From Mustelus asterias (lineage: Eukaryota): a stretch of DNA of 64,000 nucleotides. Each line of letters starts with the position of its first letter. Positions within the stretch are counted from its first letter, which is position 1. Below the pieces are notes generated by a model. That model had not been told where the DNA came from. It saw only the letters and a list, made by a program, of their open reading frames with translations, and searched no databases. A program made the translations under genes and the position numbers. Positions 49,333 through 62,583 of the stretch are shown here, one piece after another. The stretch lies in contig NC_135826.1 of NCBI RefSeq assembly GCF_964213995.1, forward strand, positions 37,076,001 through 37,140,000, in the 5' to 3' direction.

Positions 49333-49944
49333 GTGGGAACTTTAACTCTTCACTTTGTTCTCGTGCAGACTTTCCACTGATGTTCAAACCCAATCTCCAC
49401 ACAAACCAAATCAAAGGCTCTTTGTTCAGAGTTCAGTATAAATGTTATAAATCTTTCCAAGTTCATGTGGCCGTGTGTAAACCACCAACATGCTTTCCTG
49501 AGATCTCTCACCCCTTCCTACATCCTCACTGTGCCAAAATTAAGGCTGATTTCAGAGTCTCCTCCTCAACTTCACCCTTTCCCAGGATCTGAAACCTGTG
49601 AAACTCCTTAGGCCCGATTTTAACTTCCTCAAAACCATTCACTTATTCAGATTTGCTGCTAAATTAATAGATATTTGAAGCGAAGAAAGATCCAGGGTGA
49701 AAGGGAGACAGTGGAGGAGTGGGATCAGTTTTGGATTTTTCTAGCTAAGAGCCGGACAGATACAGTGTCATAAAATTCTTTGGTTTTAAAATAAGCCTTG
49801 TGCCCACATTGTGCCAAGTTTTACAGTGCTCATCCCATTGGCTGACCACATTGTGCCAAGTCTTACAGCACTCATCCCATTGGCTGACCACATTGTGCCA
49901 ATTTGCAGCACACTTACTGATTGCCATAACACCCTCATCTTAAA

Positions 49945-50505
49945 ACATACAAACATAGAAGAGGAACAGGAGGAGGCCATTTGGCCCTTCGAGCCTGCTC
50001 CACCATTCATCATGATCATGGCTTATTGTCCAACTCAGTAGCCTAATTCTGCTTTCTCCCCATAACCTTTGATCCCGATCGCCCCAAGTGCTCTATCGAG
50101 CCGCCTCTTGAATACATTCAATGTTTTGACATCAACTACTTCCACAGGCTCACCACTCTTTGGGTGAAGAAATGTCTCCTCACCTCCGTCCTAAATGGTC
50201 TATCCTGAATCCTCAGACTGTGACCCCTGGTTCTTGTCTCCCCCACCATCAGGAACATCCTTCCTGCATCCACCCTGTCTAGTCCTATTAGAATTTTATA
50301 AGTCTTTTATGAGATTCCCCCCTCATTTGTCTGAACTCCAGCAAAAACAATCCTAACCTAGTCAATCTCTCCTCATACATCAGTCCCATCATCCCCAGAA
50401 TCAGCCTGGTAAACCTTCGCTGCACTCCCTCGAGAGCAAGGACATTCTTCCTCAGAAAAGGAGACCAAAACTGCGCACAATATTCTAGGTGTGGTCTCAC
50501 CAAGG
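49945..50505 (-). mobile_element. CR1 3' fragment
   Basis: ORF 50288..50503 peptide VRPHLEYCAQFWSPF. Confidence 0.85.
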
Positions 50506-50777
50506 AAAATAAGATCAGAGCTTAATATTGATCGAGTAGTGAGACGGAATTTTATTCAGAATTTTTTAAACATTGTCTAATCTGTCCCGGAACATCTAAG
50601 AACAATAACGCATTCTAGAACATTTTGTAATTGAAGCGAATTAATCTGCACATAAAATGACTCCTTAACCTTCATTCTCTGAGGTAAATTTGTTTTTTTT
50701 TGATGATTCTATAAGCTGTGTGTTCTGGCTCTGTGCGCACCATTGAAACTTTTCTACTCAACTTTATACTTTTTCAG

Positions 50778-50900
50778 ATATTGATGAGTGTGAAATTGGA
50801 GCTCACAACTGTGACATGCATGCCTCTTGTGTGAACGTGCCAGGGAGCTTCAAGTGCAAGTGTCGTGACGGATGGATTGGAGATGGCCTTGAGTGTATCG
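50778..50900 (+). CDS. FBN3: Fibrillin exon, cbEGF18
   Basis: ttcag|..|gtaag; [41 protein letters not shown]; 123 nt. Confidence 0.95.
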
Positions 50901-52790
50901 GTAAGCATGCCAACGCTTTTGGGTTTTGTTCAATCGAATTGGGGATAGCAAATTAAATTTCAATGATGAGGAATAAATGAAATCAGAGAGGCTGTGGGTG
51001 GGATTCCTCTCCCCGCTCCACCCTCCCCCCGCACAGCATCTTTTCTGGCAGCAGAGGCAGCTTGCCATTGGCCAGCAGTAGGATCTCCCAGTCCTGCCAA
51101 TATCAATGATATTGCGCTGTTCGTCAGCAGCGCAACCGGGGAACCCACCACAGGGGGGGTCACCGTCGGCAGGACCGGAAGATCCTGCCGGCAGGAAGGG
51201 CTGGAAATTTCAGCCCTCTGGCTTCACACTTTCTTCAAGCAGTGTTGTCCAAGTCAGGCCAATGAGTGCTTTGCAGGGGCACTTGCAGGTGCCTGCTGCC
51301 CTTGTCCTGCGAGCTGGTACAGGTAGTGGGTTTGGGAGATGCTGTTGAAGAATTATTGATGCGTTGCTCCTGTGCCTCATACAGACGGCACACTCTGCCA
51401 TCATGTGGCGCTGGTGGTGGAGGGAATGAATGTTTAGGGGGGGGGGGCGGTGAATGGGATGTTGCTTTCACCTTCACAATGAGCTGAATTTAGGGAGTAT
51501 AACATTTAAAGCCACGCCAGCTTAATCTTGATCACAGTCTGCTCCCTGAGTTAATTGTGCATTAGGTACTTGTGATGTTACGATCGAAGGGCTGGTGTTT
51601 AATGGGTTAGAGTTTGATGAGCCAGTTTTATGATTTGTTAACATAAAAAGCATGATCACGTGAGTCGTTTCACAAAACGTCTGCGTGAACCCCCTGTGAT
51701 TGTAACAAGGGCTGGCTCTCCTTTCCCCCACGCTCCCCTCGGCCTCCGTGGAGATTTGGTGCTGCCCATTCATGAAGTTGCCCCCTCTCCCCATTTCTCC
51801 GGTGTGACACTGGGCCACAAAGCTCCCAGGTGCCATCCTCAGACTGTGCCATTGCCCAGTCACAGCCTGTCACAGCAGTTGGGATGCAGCAATTGGCCTC
51901 AGCACCCAGGAGCTGAAAAGAGGGAGGATCAGCCAGGGCGACAATATTCACATTTATAAATAGTTACAGTTGTATGGGCAGCACGGTGGTAAAGTGGTTA
52001 GCGTTGCTGCCTCACAGCGCCAGGGACCCAAATTCAATTCCTGTCTTGGGTCACTGTCTGTGCAGAGTCTGCACGTTCTTCCCGCGTCTGCGTGGGTTTT
52101 CACCGAGTGCTCCTGTTTCCTTCCACAGTCCGAAAGACGCGCTGGTTAGGTGCATTGACCATGCTAAATTCTCCCTCAGGGTACCTGAAAAGACGCCAGA
52201 GCGTGGCGACTAGGGGATTTTCACAGTAACTTCACTGCAGTGTTAATGTAAACCTACTTGTGATGCTAATAAATGAACTTAAATTTTAACATTTTATTTA
52301 TTCACATATAAACGTATAAAATTAAAATCTGAAAAGATTGGAAAATGGAATTATGGGATCATGGGCATATTCAGCTCTTGGTTATATTGTGATCGAGGCA
52401 CTCAGTTAAGATTAAAGCACCAGCCTTGAAGTGCTGAGGAACAAGAACACTATCTGTGAGGAGTTTGCACATTCTCCCTGTGTCTGCGTGAGTTTCCTCC
52501 CACAGTCCAAGGAATGTGGGTTATGTTGATTGGCCGTGCTAAATTGCCCCTTGGTGTCAGGGGAACTAACGGGTTAAATGCGTGGGGCTACAAGGACAGG
52601 GGCTGGGTTGGATTGTGGTCAGTGCAAACTCAATGGGCTGAATGGCCTCCTTCTGCACGGTAGGGATTGTATGTATGATTCTATGAAGAAGGTCCCAGCT
52701 CGCAACATGGGTTTGTTGCCGGGTGAACCTTGTGGAATGAGGGATTTGTTGGGATTTGGCTTCCGATGACCTTTGGTTTTTCCATTGCAG

Positions 52791-52913
52791 ATCTGGATGA
52801 GTGTGCCACCGAGGAGCACCAGTGCAACCCCAGTGCCAACTGCATGAATACGCCAGGCTCCTATCGCTGCACGTGTAAAGATGGTTTCAGTGGCGATGGC
52901 TTCAGCTGCTCAG
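52791..52913 (+). CDS. FBN3: Fibrillin exon, cbEGF19
   Basis: tgcag|..|gtaac; [41 protein letters not shown]; 123 nt. Confidence 0.95.
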
Positions 52914-53469
52914 GTAACGGCTCCCAGCTGGGGAAATGAGAACGAGACAGAATGAACAGCTGCACCTGCTCCGAGACATTGTGCTACTCCATGCTCAGGA
53001 AGCGTGGGACAGTCTGATGATCAGTTGTTAACGTTAGGAATAGTTTATGCGACTTTGGGCCTACCTTTCCTCTTGTCTCTGATGTTGTCTTTAGGGCTGT
53101 GGGACCCTTTAATGTCCAACAATTCACACTAAGTACTGCTGTCACCAGCAGCTGCAGGAGCCATATCAAAAGGAATTTTCCCCCTCTCGCCCCCCCCCTC
53201 TCTCCAAGCAGAGGGGCTGCCATCTCTGGGCAGGCTCAGTCCTGGTATCAGAGATGTGGGCCTGTGATTCAGGCTTATCCAAATGCTTACGCCCAGTCGA
53301 CAATGAGGGCGATTCTCAACTCAGTCAGCAACCAGGACGATTCAAGTAGAGTCATTTGCAGAAACAAGCAATTGTTTATCAATCAAAATAACAAAGGGTT
53401 AAACCTGCAAGCAGATCAGTTGACTTTGTTTGACTGACTTTTTGCAAACAGCGTTGGAAAGGAGAACGG

Positions 53470-53620
53470 AAAATGCTGGAAAATATCCTCAAGTCTGACA
53501 GCACCTGTGGAGAGAGATTGAAGCTAATGTTTTGAGTCTGGATGACGCTTCATCGGAGCAAACCTGCTGAGATTTTCCAGCATTTTCTGTTCTTGTTTGA
53601 GATTCCAGCACCTGCAGGAA
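53470..53620. mobile_element. Degenerate PLE family B fold-back
   Basis: AAATGCTGGAAAAT ... ATTTTCCAGCATTT inverted pair around a decayed hammerhead-like core. Confidence 0.55.
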
Positions 53621-53684
53621 TGGCTTGCCATTCTCCAATTCAAATATGTAGATTGCTAACGTGTGGAGCAGAGAATTGAAATGA

Positions 53685-54580
53685 ATGCCGGAACTTTACC
53701 TCCTCGCCCGCCCACCCGAGGCTCGTAAGATCCCGCCCGAGGCAAATGGAGAGTGTTGTTTTGCGAGCCTCGCCCTCTCCGATTCTGGGACGGGCAAGGC
53801 AGTAAAATTTCGGCCAAAGTGTCTGATCCGACAAAGTCTTGCCTTCCAAAAGTCAGTCTAGCAGATAAACGCCGGAATTGTACCTTCTCGCCCGCCTCGG
53901 AATCAGAGCGGGCGAGGGACAGACAATGGAAATGTCCGTTGACCTCATATGGGAATTTCCGGTCTCGCTTGAGCGAAGCTGTAAAATCCCACCCATAGAC
54001 ACCAGAAGTCAACGGACCTTTGCATGGCCCGGCCCCGCCTGCTACAATTCACGTGGCGGGTGGGACGGAAAAATTCTGCCCATTGTACTCAACTCAAACC
54101 AAAAGCAGTAAATACCATAACAGGTATCGCCAAGAAATGCACTGCACCACTTATGGTGTTTGGCAAATCTTGTCGATGTTAGGGCTGTCTGCTTAGGTTA
54201 CGTCGCTGCTTCTAACAAGGAGATGCGCTCATTTCCCACACCCATACATCTGGTAACCATCAGTGTGGTCCTAATAGTAGACAATAGCACCCTGAAAGAA
54301 TCTGTTTTTCAGCAGATTGCCAAGAGGAAACCCATAACCTATAGGCAGAAATGAACCAGCTCTGCCCCAATAGTTCTCTACCACCTCTCCACATGGCAAT
54401 TTCCCAGCTCTCTCGTCCAGTTAGAAAAGAAACATCCCAGGTGGGATTCTCCGGTCTTGTCCGCGGTGGGACCCATTGCAAGTGAGAACGGAAAATTTGG
54501 CTTTCCGGCCAAAACGCCATTCACTTTCAGCAGCAGCGGAGAATCCCAGCCCCGAATGAGGATGGAAAATTTTGGTCCAC
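53685..54580. mobile_element. Cluster of 3-4 MITEs of the GGNNGGAATTT-TIR group
   Basis: Repeated TIR-like ends at about 53687-53815, 53871-53993, 54010-54081 and 54440-54577. Confidence 0.6.
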
Positions 54581-54975
54581 ATCTTTCATAGAATTTCACG
54601 GGTTTATATTCTCATTGAAGCTGTGGATCCAGGTCCACAAAGATGAGTCACTATAAATGGAGAGGATCCTGCCTCCAACAGTGAGATCTCCTGTAATATA
54701 AATCAGTAAATTGATCAGCATTACTTCCATGTCATAAGTTGCTTGAGTATTACTCCTCAAGCAAGGGCTAGAATGGAAAATTATAGCCAAGTTATAGCTG
54801 GGAGGATGAGGGAAGATTTTCTGTAGTCCACAGGGTAGTATAACCTATGTCTATCTGAAGGTTTCCTTGTACACACTGACACCCTCCGATTAGCTAAGTA
54901 ATCTGGAGCAGGAATCTGCTCGAATAGGGATTGCCACACTGTGCTACTGACCAACTGACCTGTTTCTCTGTGCAG

Positions 54976-55101
54976 ATGTTGACGAATGTGCAGAAAATGT
55001 GAACCTGTGTGAGAATGGGCAGTGTCTGAATGCTCCCGGGGGATACCGCTGTGAATGCGAAATGGGATTCACACCAACTGAGGATAGCAAGGCGTGCCAA
55101 G
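54976..55101 (+). CDS. FBN3: Fibrillin exon, cbEGF20
   Basis: tgcag|..|gtaag; [42 protein letters not shown]; 126 nt. Confidence 0.95.
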
Positions 55102-55546
55102 GTAAGGTCATAAGAAAAGCTTCTGTAGGAAGCCGCAAGGCTTCCACAATCCAGTGAATGTTCAGTCATTTTTCTCACAACATTAATAACGTTCAGTAAT
55201 GCAGATGGTCAGAGGCAGACTCACCACATCCTGGCAATAACTTCAGTGGGCTGGCTTTGGCCTTCTCTTTGTTGGTTCATTGATTGTACAGACTCGATTA
55301 TTGAACTTGACAGATACTTGTCAGACTGAAAGATACCCACTTGAAATAGAAACCGAGGACGCTGATGACTGTCAGGGTGTTTGCAATAGTTTCTGTTTCT
55401 CTCGCTGATAGTTTTAGCCTTTTATCTGGGGATATCGAACAATGCCGCGTCACAGTAATCAGTCCAAGAATTTGTTGGCGATCGTTTTCTCAGCACATCT
55501 GTTGCTAAATGAAGCCGGGTGTGTTCAGGGGTCCTGTGTGTCTAAA

Positions 55547-55845
55547 ACGGGAGTCTAAAACTAGAGGGCCTAGGTTTAAGGTGAAAGGGGAAAGATTTAA
55601 AAGGGACCTGAGGGGCAACTTTTTCACACAGAGGGTGCTGCGTGTATGGAATGAGCTGCCAGAGGAGGCGGTGGACGGGTACAAGTACAACATTTAAAAG
55701 GCATTTGGACAGGATAGGAAAGATTTAGAGGGATTCGGGCCAATCGCAGACAAATGGAACTAGTTCAGCTTAGAAAACCTGGTTGGCATGGACAGGTTGG
55801 GCCGAAGGGCCTGTTTCTGTGCTGTATATCTCAATGACTCTATGA
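55547..55845 (+). mobile_element. CR1 3' fragment
   Basis: Peptide RFKVKGERFKRDLRGNFFTQRVLRVWNELP. Confidence 0.85.
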
Positions 55846-55933
55846 CCCCTGCGGCTTTATCTCTGATGTGACACAGTGTGTAGTGGATGTGTCTGATCTT
55901 ACTTTCAATATCCCTTTGTGATTTTGCGTACAG

Positions 55934-56056
55934 ATATCGATGAGTGCTCCTTCCAGAACATTTGCGTTTTTGGCACGTGCCAGAACCTACCTGGAATGTT
56001 CCGCTGTGTTTGTGATGATGGCTACGAGCTGGATAGAAGTGGAGGCAATTGCACAG
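55934..56056 (+). CDS. FBN3: Fibrillin exon, cbEGF21
   Basis: tacag|..|gtgag; [41 protein letters not shown]; 123 nt. Confidence 0.95.
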
Positions 56057-56699
56057 GTGAGTTCAAAACTGGATGATTCCTGCATTCAGTCTCATTAATA
56101 GATTGCCCTTTAATAGAACCATGCCACATTTAGTCTAATTAATCAACCCGACTTTAACTAATCATGCCACATAAAGCTGAAGTTTAGGCATTGTGATAGG
56201 ATTCATTTTGTGATTTATAAATGATTAGAATTAAACAATAAAATCTTTATCTTTGTAAAATATCTGAGTCTTATATTAGCAGAGTAGAGAGACTACCTCA
56301 CAAGCCTTGGCCTTCAATAATTCATGGCTTTGATCTATTTTATGAGTTTTCTTACAAAAGATCTGACCTCACAGCCCCCCCACGGGTCGGATAACTCACC
56401 ATGAATGTGCTGCCTCAGAGCTTTGCAGTGAAATAAAACATAAAGAAACAGTGAGTTACAGAAAACAAATTGTTCAGTCAGACACTGATTCGGACACACG
56501 GTGAATGCAGCTATTTTGTAACACTGGATTCCCCCACAAGCAGGAAAAGACTAGGCACCAGGGATCAAAGCTCAGACTCTGGGACTGTAATTACGAGAAC
56601 AGATTTCACCCTGATGGCTTGCGTGTGGCAATGTTACAGCCTCGTAACTCAACCCCAGCCACAAGCCACTTGGTGTTCTTTGAATGTGTCAGTCGTAAC

Positions 56700-57150
56700 T
56701 CAGCATGGCCCTCTTGCCTCTAAGTCAGACAGTGGTTGGTTCACATTCCACTCCAGAGAATAACCAAAAATTCTAGGCTGGCATTCCTGTGCAGTACTGA
56801 GGAAGTGCTGCACTATTAAAGGTGCCGTCTTTCAGATATGATGTCAAACCATAGCCCCGTTTTTCCCTCTCAGTGATTGTAATAAATCCATGGCAATGCT
56901 TTGGTGAAGAGCAGGGAAGTTCTCCCTGGCGTTCTGTCCGAAATATATCCCTCAGTCAACACAACAACAAACATGCGTTCTGGTCATTGATCACATTTGT
57001 TATTTGTTGTTTGTTACTCCTTGCTGTGGGCCAATTGGCTGCCATGTTTCCTACAAAATAATGATGACGATACTTCAAGAGAATTTCATTGGCAGTAAAG
57101 CACGTTGGGATGTTTCGAGGTCATGGAAGGCGCTACTTAAATACAAGTCT
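56700..57150 (+). mobile_element. Deu-domain SINE (SacSINE1/AmnSINE-like); a 3' fragment also at about 18030-18245
   Basis: Blocks GTGCAGTACTGAGG.AGTGCTGCAC..GGTGCCGTCTTTC and GAAGAGCAGGG.AGTTCTCCC resemble the recalled Deu-SINE consensus. Confidence 0.6.
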
Positions 57151-57714
57151 TTGTCGATCTGTGTAAGTTTAAAAATCCTGGTGATTTAGTCGATGCACTG
57201 GCACAGTGCGTTTGAATGCCAACATCGTGGGAACGGTGGAGTGGGCAGATGGCTAAAGGAGGCCTGAGGGACAACCAGCCCTGGAGTACGTTCACATGTG
57301 CCTGACGGTCAGATTGAAGTGACATAGTACAGCCTAGAGCAGCTGATGCAACCGCCCGCCCATTCAGTCAGCTGCAGTTGGCAACAAGGAACAGAGGAGA
57401 GAAGATTAATAAAAACATCATTGGGTCAACTAGATCTAAATGTTTTCCAATATCCATCAGCTATATTGGACATGTGAAAGAGAAATGAAGACAAATTTGC
57501 AAACCACATGACGCCTCCACGATGGCTGAATGGCTGTACCTTACTCTGATACTATGATGTATTGGTTGAGTAATAAATAATCATACAATGAAGCGTATAT
57601 TACTAAGGATGAAAAGAATGAGTTTCAGAACCTGATTGGTGATGGATTAATGATTGATAGTTAATCAGTTACTTGATGGATTAGTTTAACGATGGACTGA
57701 GTTTATGTTGACAG

Positions 57715-57837
57715 ATATCAATGAATGCGCTGACCCTGTGAACTGCATCAATGGCCTGTGTGTGAACACCCCTGGGAGCTACCTGTGTAACTGCCCGACA
57801 GATTTCGAGCTGAACCCCACTGGTGTTGGCTGTGTTG
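57715..57837 (+). CDS. FBN3: Fibrillin exon, cbEGF22
   Basis: gacag|..|gtaag; [41 protein letters not shown]; 123 nt. Confidence 0.95.
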
Positions 57838-58824
57838 GTAAGTCTGATCTCCACTCCAGAAATTGGAGGCGATACAATCAAATCTTCCATCTCTAAGATA
57901 GGGTGGCACCAAGGACAATTAACAGTTCCCCACCTCCACCCTCGTAGCTCCTTCCTCTATCAGTTTCAGTCTTCTCTAGCATGGTCTACCCATCCATCTC
58001 CCACCCATCTCCTCCCACAGCCCATTTATGCCTTGAACTATCAGGGAGTATAGCCATTCTGCCATTTAGTCTTCCCAGCGAAAGTTCTAAACACTCACTC
58101 ATAAGTAAATAGAACATAGAAAGCCACAGCACAAACAGGCCCTTCGGCCCACAAGTTGCGCCGATCACATCCCCACCTCTAGGCCATAGAACATAGAAAG
58201 TACATTCACTATCCTCACATCTCTGATGTTCATTTCTGGCTGCCTCCCATCCACTGAAATAATTATCCACACCAGAACTGTGCTCTGATACACAGTGCCT
58301 TGAACATGGGATGGATCAGTTTCTTGATGTGTGGATGTATGTGCATGAATTCTATCTCACTGCTGTAATTTTCCTTACCAATTAAAGGCTAAACTTATCC
58401 CTGCACCATTGACTGGGCATTATTCCCAGTATGAACGTGCGAACAAGGAGCCATTCGGCCCCTCCAGCCTGCTCTGCTATTTAATAAGATCATGGCTGAT
58501 CTGATAGTAACCTCAAATCTGCAGCTTGCCGACTCTAATAACCTATCATTAATCTTTATTGTAGGAGTCTATTTAATGTAAAGAAAATATCTACTAGTAA
58601 GTTAAAGTATTGTTGTCCATACGGGCACAGGGACCTCACCTGTCCTTGGCTCTTTGTGCTATACGTAAGGGTGATAATTGTATCAACTTCAAAAACATGA
58701 CCACCACTCAAATCTTTAATTGATTTTCACACATGCATACTCACGCATGCTCACACATGCACATGCACTCATGCATGTACATCCACATACAACCCAAGCT
58801 CTAATATCGGAAGTGAAACAGCAA

Positions 58825-60290
58825 TCTACTGGTACTTCTTTCTGTTTAGTTTATTTGCTGCTCACAATCTGTTCTCCTCTAAACTGCGGAGACCAAATGT
58901 AGGCCGGATGATCACTTTGCAAAAAGCCTCCATTCGGTCCGTCAATGTGACCCTGAGTTTCCAGTCTCCAGTCATTTTAATTCTCCACTTTACTCCCACC
59001 CTGACCTTTCTCTCCTCGGCTTCTGCACTGTTCCAATGAAGATTAGAAAGATTAGAAACCCTACAGTGCAGAAGGAGGCCATTCGGCCCATCGAGTCTGC
59101 ACCGACCACAATCCCACCCAGGCCCTCCCCCCACATATTTTACCCGCTAATCCCTCTAACCTATGCATCCCAGGACTCTAAGGGACAATTTTTAACCTGG
59201 CCAATCAACCTAACCCGCACATCTTTGGACTGTGGGAGGAAACCGGAGCACCCGGAGGAAACCCACGCAGACACGAGGAGAATGTGCAAACTCCACACAG
59301 ACAGTGACCCGAGCCGGGAATCAAACCCGGGACCCTGGAGCTGTGAAGCAGCAGTGCTAACCACTGTGCTACCGTGCCGCTCAAGGCAAACTCGAGGAAC
59401 AGCACTTTACCTTTCAACTGGGCACTTTACAGACTTATGGACTCATCACTTGAGTTTAACAATTTAAAATCATAACCTCTTCCCTATTTTTTTTCCTTTT
59501 TCTCACTGTGTGTTCTATTTGTTGTTCCTTCTCTCTTACTTCCTTTTGTTTGCTTTCCAAAGGCAACTATTCAGGACCTTACCATTCACACCTCCTCAAG
59601 ACACATCGTGGGCAGGGTTTTCTGGCTGCGCTCGCCCCAAAACTGGAAATACTGCCTCACAATGCCAGGGAACCGGGTTCAATTCTGGCCTTGGGTCACT
59701 GTCTGTGTGGAGTCTGCACGTACTCCCCGTGTCTGCGTGGGTTTCCTCCGGGTGCTCCGGTTTCCTCCTACAGTCCAAAGATGTGCGAGCTAGGTTGATT
59801 GGCCGTGCTAAATTGCTCCTGAGTGTCGGTGGGATTAGCAGGGTAAATACATGTGGGCCTGGTTGGGATTGTTGCCAGTGCATCCTCGATGGGCTGAATG
59901 GCCTCCTCCTGCACTGTATGTATGGTGTGCTATGGTATGGAAAGTTCCGCCCGAGGTCAATGGACATTTGCATGGTCCACGCCCGCCTGCTACGATCCCC
60001 GTGGTGGGCGGGACGGCACCCTTATGTTTCTTTACTCTTTCTATTCCAAATCCCTTTGGCGTCGCACCAGGAAACCTCTTGTCATTTAATCTCTCTTGCC
60101 CTCCAGCTGATCACAGACCTTCTCCTTTTGTTCTTTTTCCACCCTCCTCCTTTTTACTTGCTCGAAGCCAATTACATTTCGAATCTTTCCTGGTCCTGAT
60201 GATAGGTCAGTGACCCGAAACATGAATCATTGTTTTCCTCTCCACGGATGCTGCCGGATTTATTGAATATTTCCAGCAATTCCTGTTGTT
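58825..60290 (+). mobile_element. Decayed Penelope-like element 3' part: GIY-YIG endonuclease remnant plus family B pLTR; interrupted by two V-SINEs and a MITE
   Basis: Peptides ETKCRPDDHFAKSLHSVRQCDPEFPVSSHFNSP and KLEEQHFTFQLGTLQTYGL; CTGATGA..GGTC-agt-GACC-CGAAA at 60196-60220. Confidence 0.7.
59040..59380 (-). mobile_element. HE1-type V-SINE (young); an opposite-strand copy at about 59650-59940 sits inside a MITE
   Basis: Full head, V core and tail. Confidence 0.85.
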
Positions 60291-60604
60291 TCAATGAGCA
60301 CCCATTCCACAAACAAGTCACACACAAAATGACAGCATTGCGAAACATCACACATATAGCATGGCTCACAATCTGTTACAAAAACCATGTTGGAACATCT
60401 TGACCTTTAAGACTGCATTCTGACATGTCCCTCTTGATGAATCTCTGCAACCCAACCGCACCCCCCTACACCCCGGTCCCGTCCCGTGTCCCCCCCCCCC
60501 CCCCCCCCCCCCCCCCACCGCCCCCCCCCCCCCCCCCCCCCGCCCCCCCTTACACAGGCATGGTCACTGTATTAGTTTACCGTTCATGTTTGGTTCTATT
60601 ACAG

Positions 60605-60766
60605 ACACGCGTGTTGGTAACTGCTTCCTGGAGACCTTGCCGAGGGGAGATGGTGGCATCTCCTGCAGTGCAGAGATTGGCGTTGGTGTCACTCGAGCCT
60701 CGTGCTGTTGCTCCCTGGGAAGGGCTTGGGGAAACCCTTGTGAATTCTGCCCTCTGGTCAACTCAA
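60605..60766 (+). CDS. FBN3: Fibrillin exon, TB4 (first part; RGD at 60643-60651)
   Basis: tacag|..|gtaag; [54 protein letters not shown]; 162 nt. Confidence 0.95.
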
Positions 60767-61587
60767 GTAAGTGTAATCAATGTATCCCGGGTACTTTGAA
60801 CATACCTTTATCGGGCAATTAGATCAGGGGTGATTGTGAAGATGGGAGGGAAATTTTAATGGAACTGATGAAAGGGGAAATCTAGAAGTTCATGAAGTCT
60901 CCCTCTACAGATTGGTTCAGAAACACTTTGGACTCTTTTGGGATTACATCCCTGTCATGTGCCGTAGAAGATAAATATTTCTGCCTATCACAGGATATTG
61001 AAATTTTGTAGCATCAAGTGCAGCAATATCAAGCAGGCACCTGCCCAGATCCTTCAGTCACTGCTCCATCTTGTGTATTGTTCACAGTAGGACCCGCTAT
61101 AGCTGATCCTACTCAGCTTCCCTGGTGTTTGGTTCCATGTTCTGCATCGTCACCAGCGCAAAGCAGGAGTCATCACCTTCTTAACAGCTAGCCATCCTTT
61201 TGAATCACAGTCTCCTTTAATGACTGCAGTCGGACTAGCCCTCGAACAGCAGAAAATAGTTTGAGAGAAAGGACAGATTATAATATGGGTGTCCTGCGTG
61301 AGTTAAATTTGCATTTAAGTTTCCAGAAATGAAAGTTGTCCCAGCTGAGCAAAGACTATAGAAACCAATACAATAGAGAGAAATAAGAAAGGTTGACAAC
61401 AGAGAGAAACCTCGGTGCAAAGAGGTGAGGTGGAGATGGAAGGCTGGAAACAAGGTAACGATGAGAAATACAAATCAAATGTGATAGAATTTGAAATGAG
61501 GAAAACTCATCTATCGGTTGATAAACTTTGAGTTAACGGATGTCTAGACTTTAAGTACTCATTTTTACACCATAAATTCTGTTGCAG

Positions 61588-61656
61588 CTGAATACAAGAC
61601 TCTGTGTCCAGGAGGAGAAGGTTTCAGACCAAACCCTATCACAGTCATCCTGGAGG
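61588..61656 (+). CDS. FBN3: Fibrillin small exon, TB4 (second part)
   Basis: tgcag|..|gtaag; [23 protein letters not shown]; 69 nt; followed by an 81-nt intron. Confidence 0.95.
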
Positions 61657-61718
61657 GTAAGTCAGCCATCTCACTGAAGTCCCATTATAAAGAGAGCTTG
61701 CTATAGACTGCAATGTGA

Positions 61719-61877
<159 letters not shown>

Positions 61878-62583
61878 TGAACCCCGGCAGCCGCTTCAGG
61901 CTTTTTTGGTACAGGAACGTGCTGTAGTTATTGTGGAAATCTAGACATCTTTCCCTTCCATCTATCCATAGTATTCTCTCTCGACTACAATGAGGTCCAA
62001 TCAATCTTCCATCTTTCTGGACTGACTGATCCAGTTTGTTTTTAGCTTATGGAGCTAAATATACAATTTAACTAAAAGTAAAAAATGTGAACTCTTCAAT
62101 TCTGTTGATCTTATATCCTACTGTAACTCCAATCTCACTCTTCCTGTTTCCCCAATCTCTCTCTTTAATCTCACTCACTCTGCTTTCCCTACTTTTCAAT
62201 ATAACTCCAAACCCTCTTGATGTCTCCGACTGCAAGCCTCTGCCTCTGCGTTTCACCCCTTCTCTCTTGATGAGCTGCCCTTTCTCCAATCCCTCTCTCC
62301 CTGTTCTCTATCTACCTCACTGACCATCACCATCATTTCAGAAATGTGTAACATTTCATTTTTCTTCATTGAATTGTAAATGCCACCTATGTGCCCATCC
62401 TGTCAGCCTGCGTACGTCCTGTTGCAATCTTTCACAGTCGTCCTCATATTTTCCCACAACAAGTTGCTGTTATCAATACATTTCAACAATGGTCCTTCAA
62501 TTCCTAAGGCCAGATCAATTCTATATAATGTAGACAAAAGCAGTCGATGGAACACCACGGCCAGAAGTTTCTGCTGCAAGCAA

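Noticed and set aside
48038-49414. Gly-rich and Pro-rich ORFs on both strands
   Set aside because: Low-complexity G-rich DNA; the minus ORF merely overlaps the cbEGF17 exon in antisense.
49803-49900. 42-bp tandem duplication containing CCAAT-like (ATTGG) motifs
   Set aside because: A simple local duplication of about 2.3 units; nothing else supports a regulatory role.
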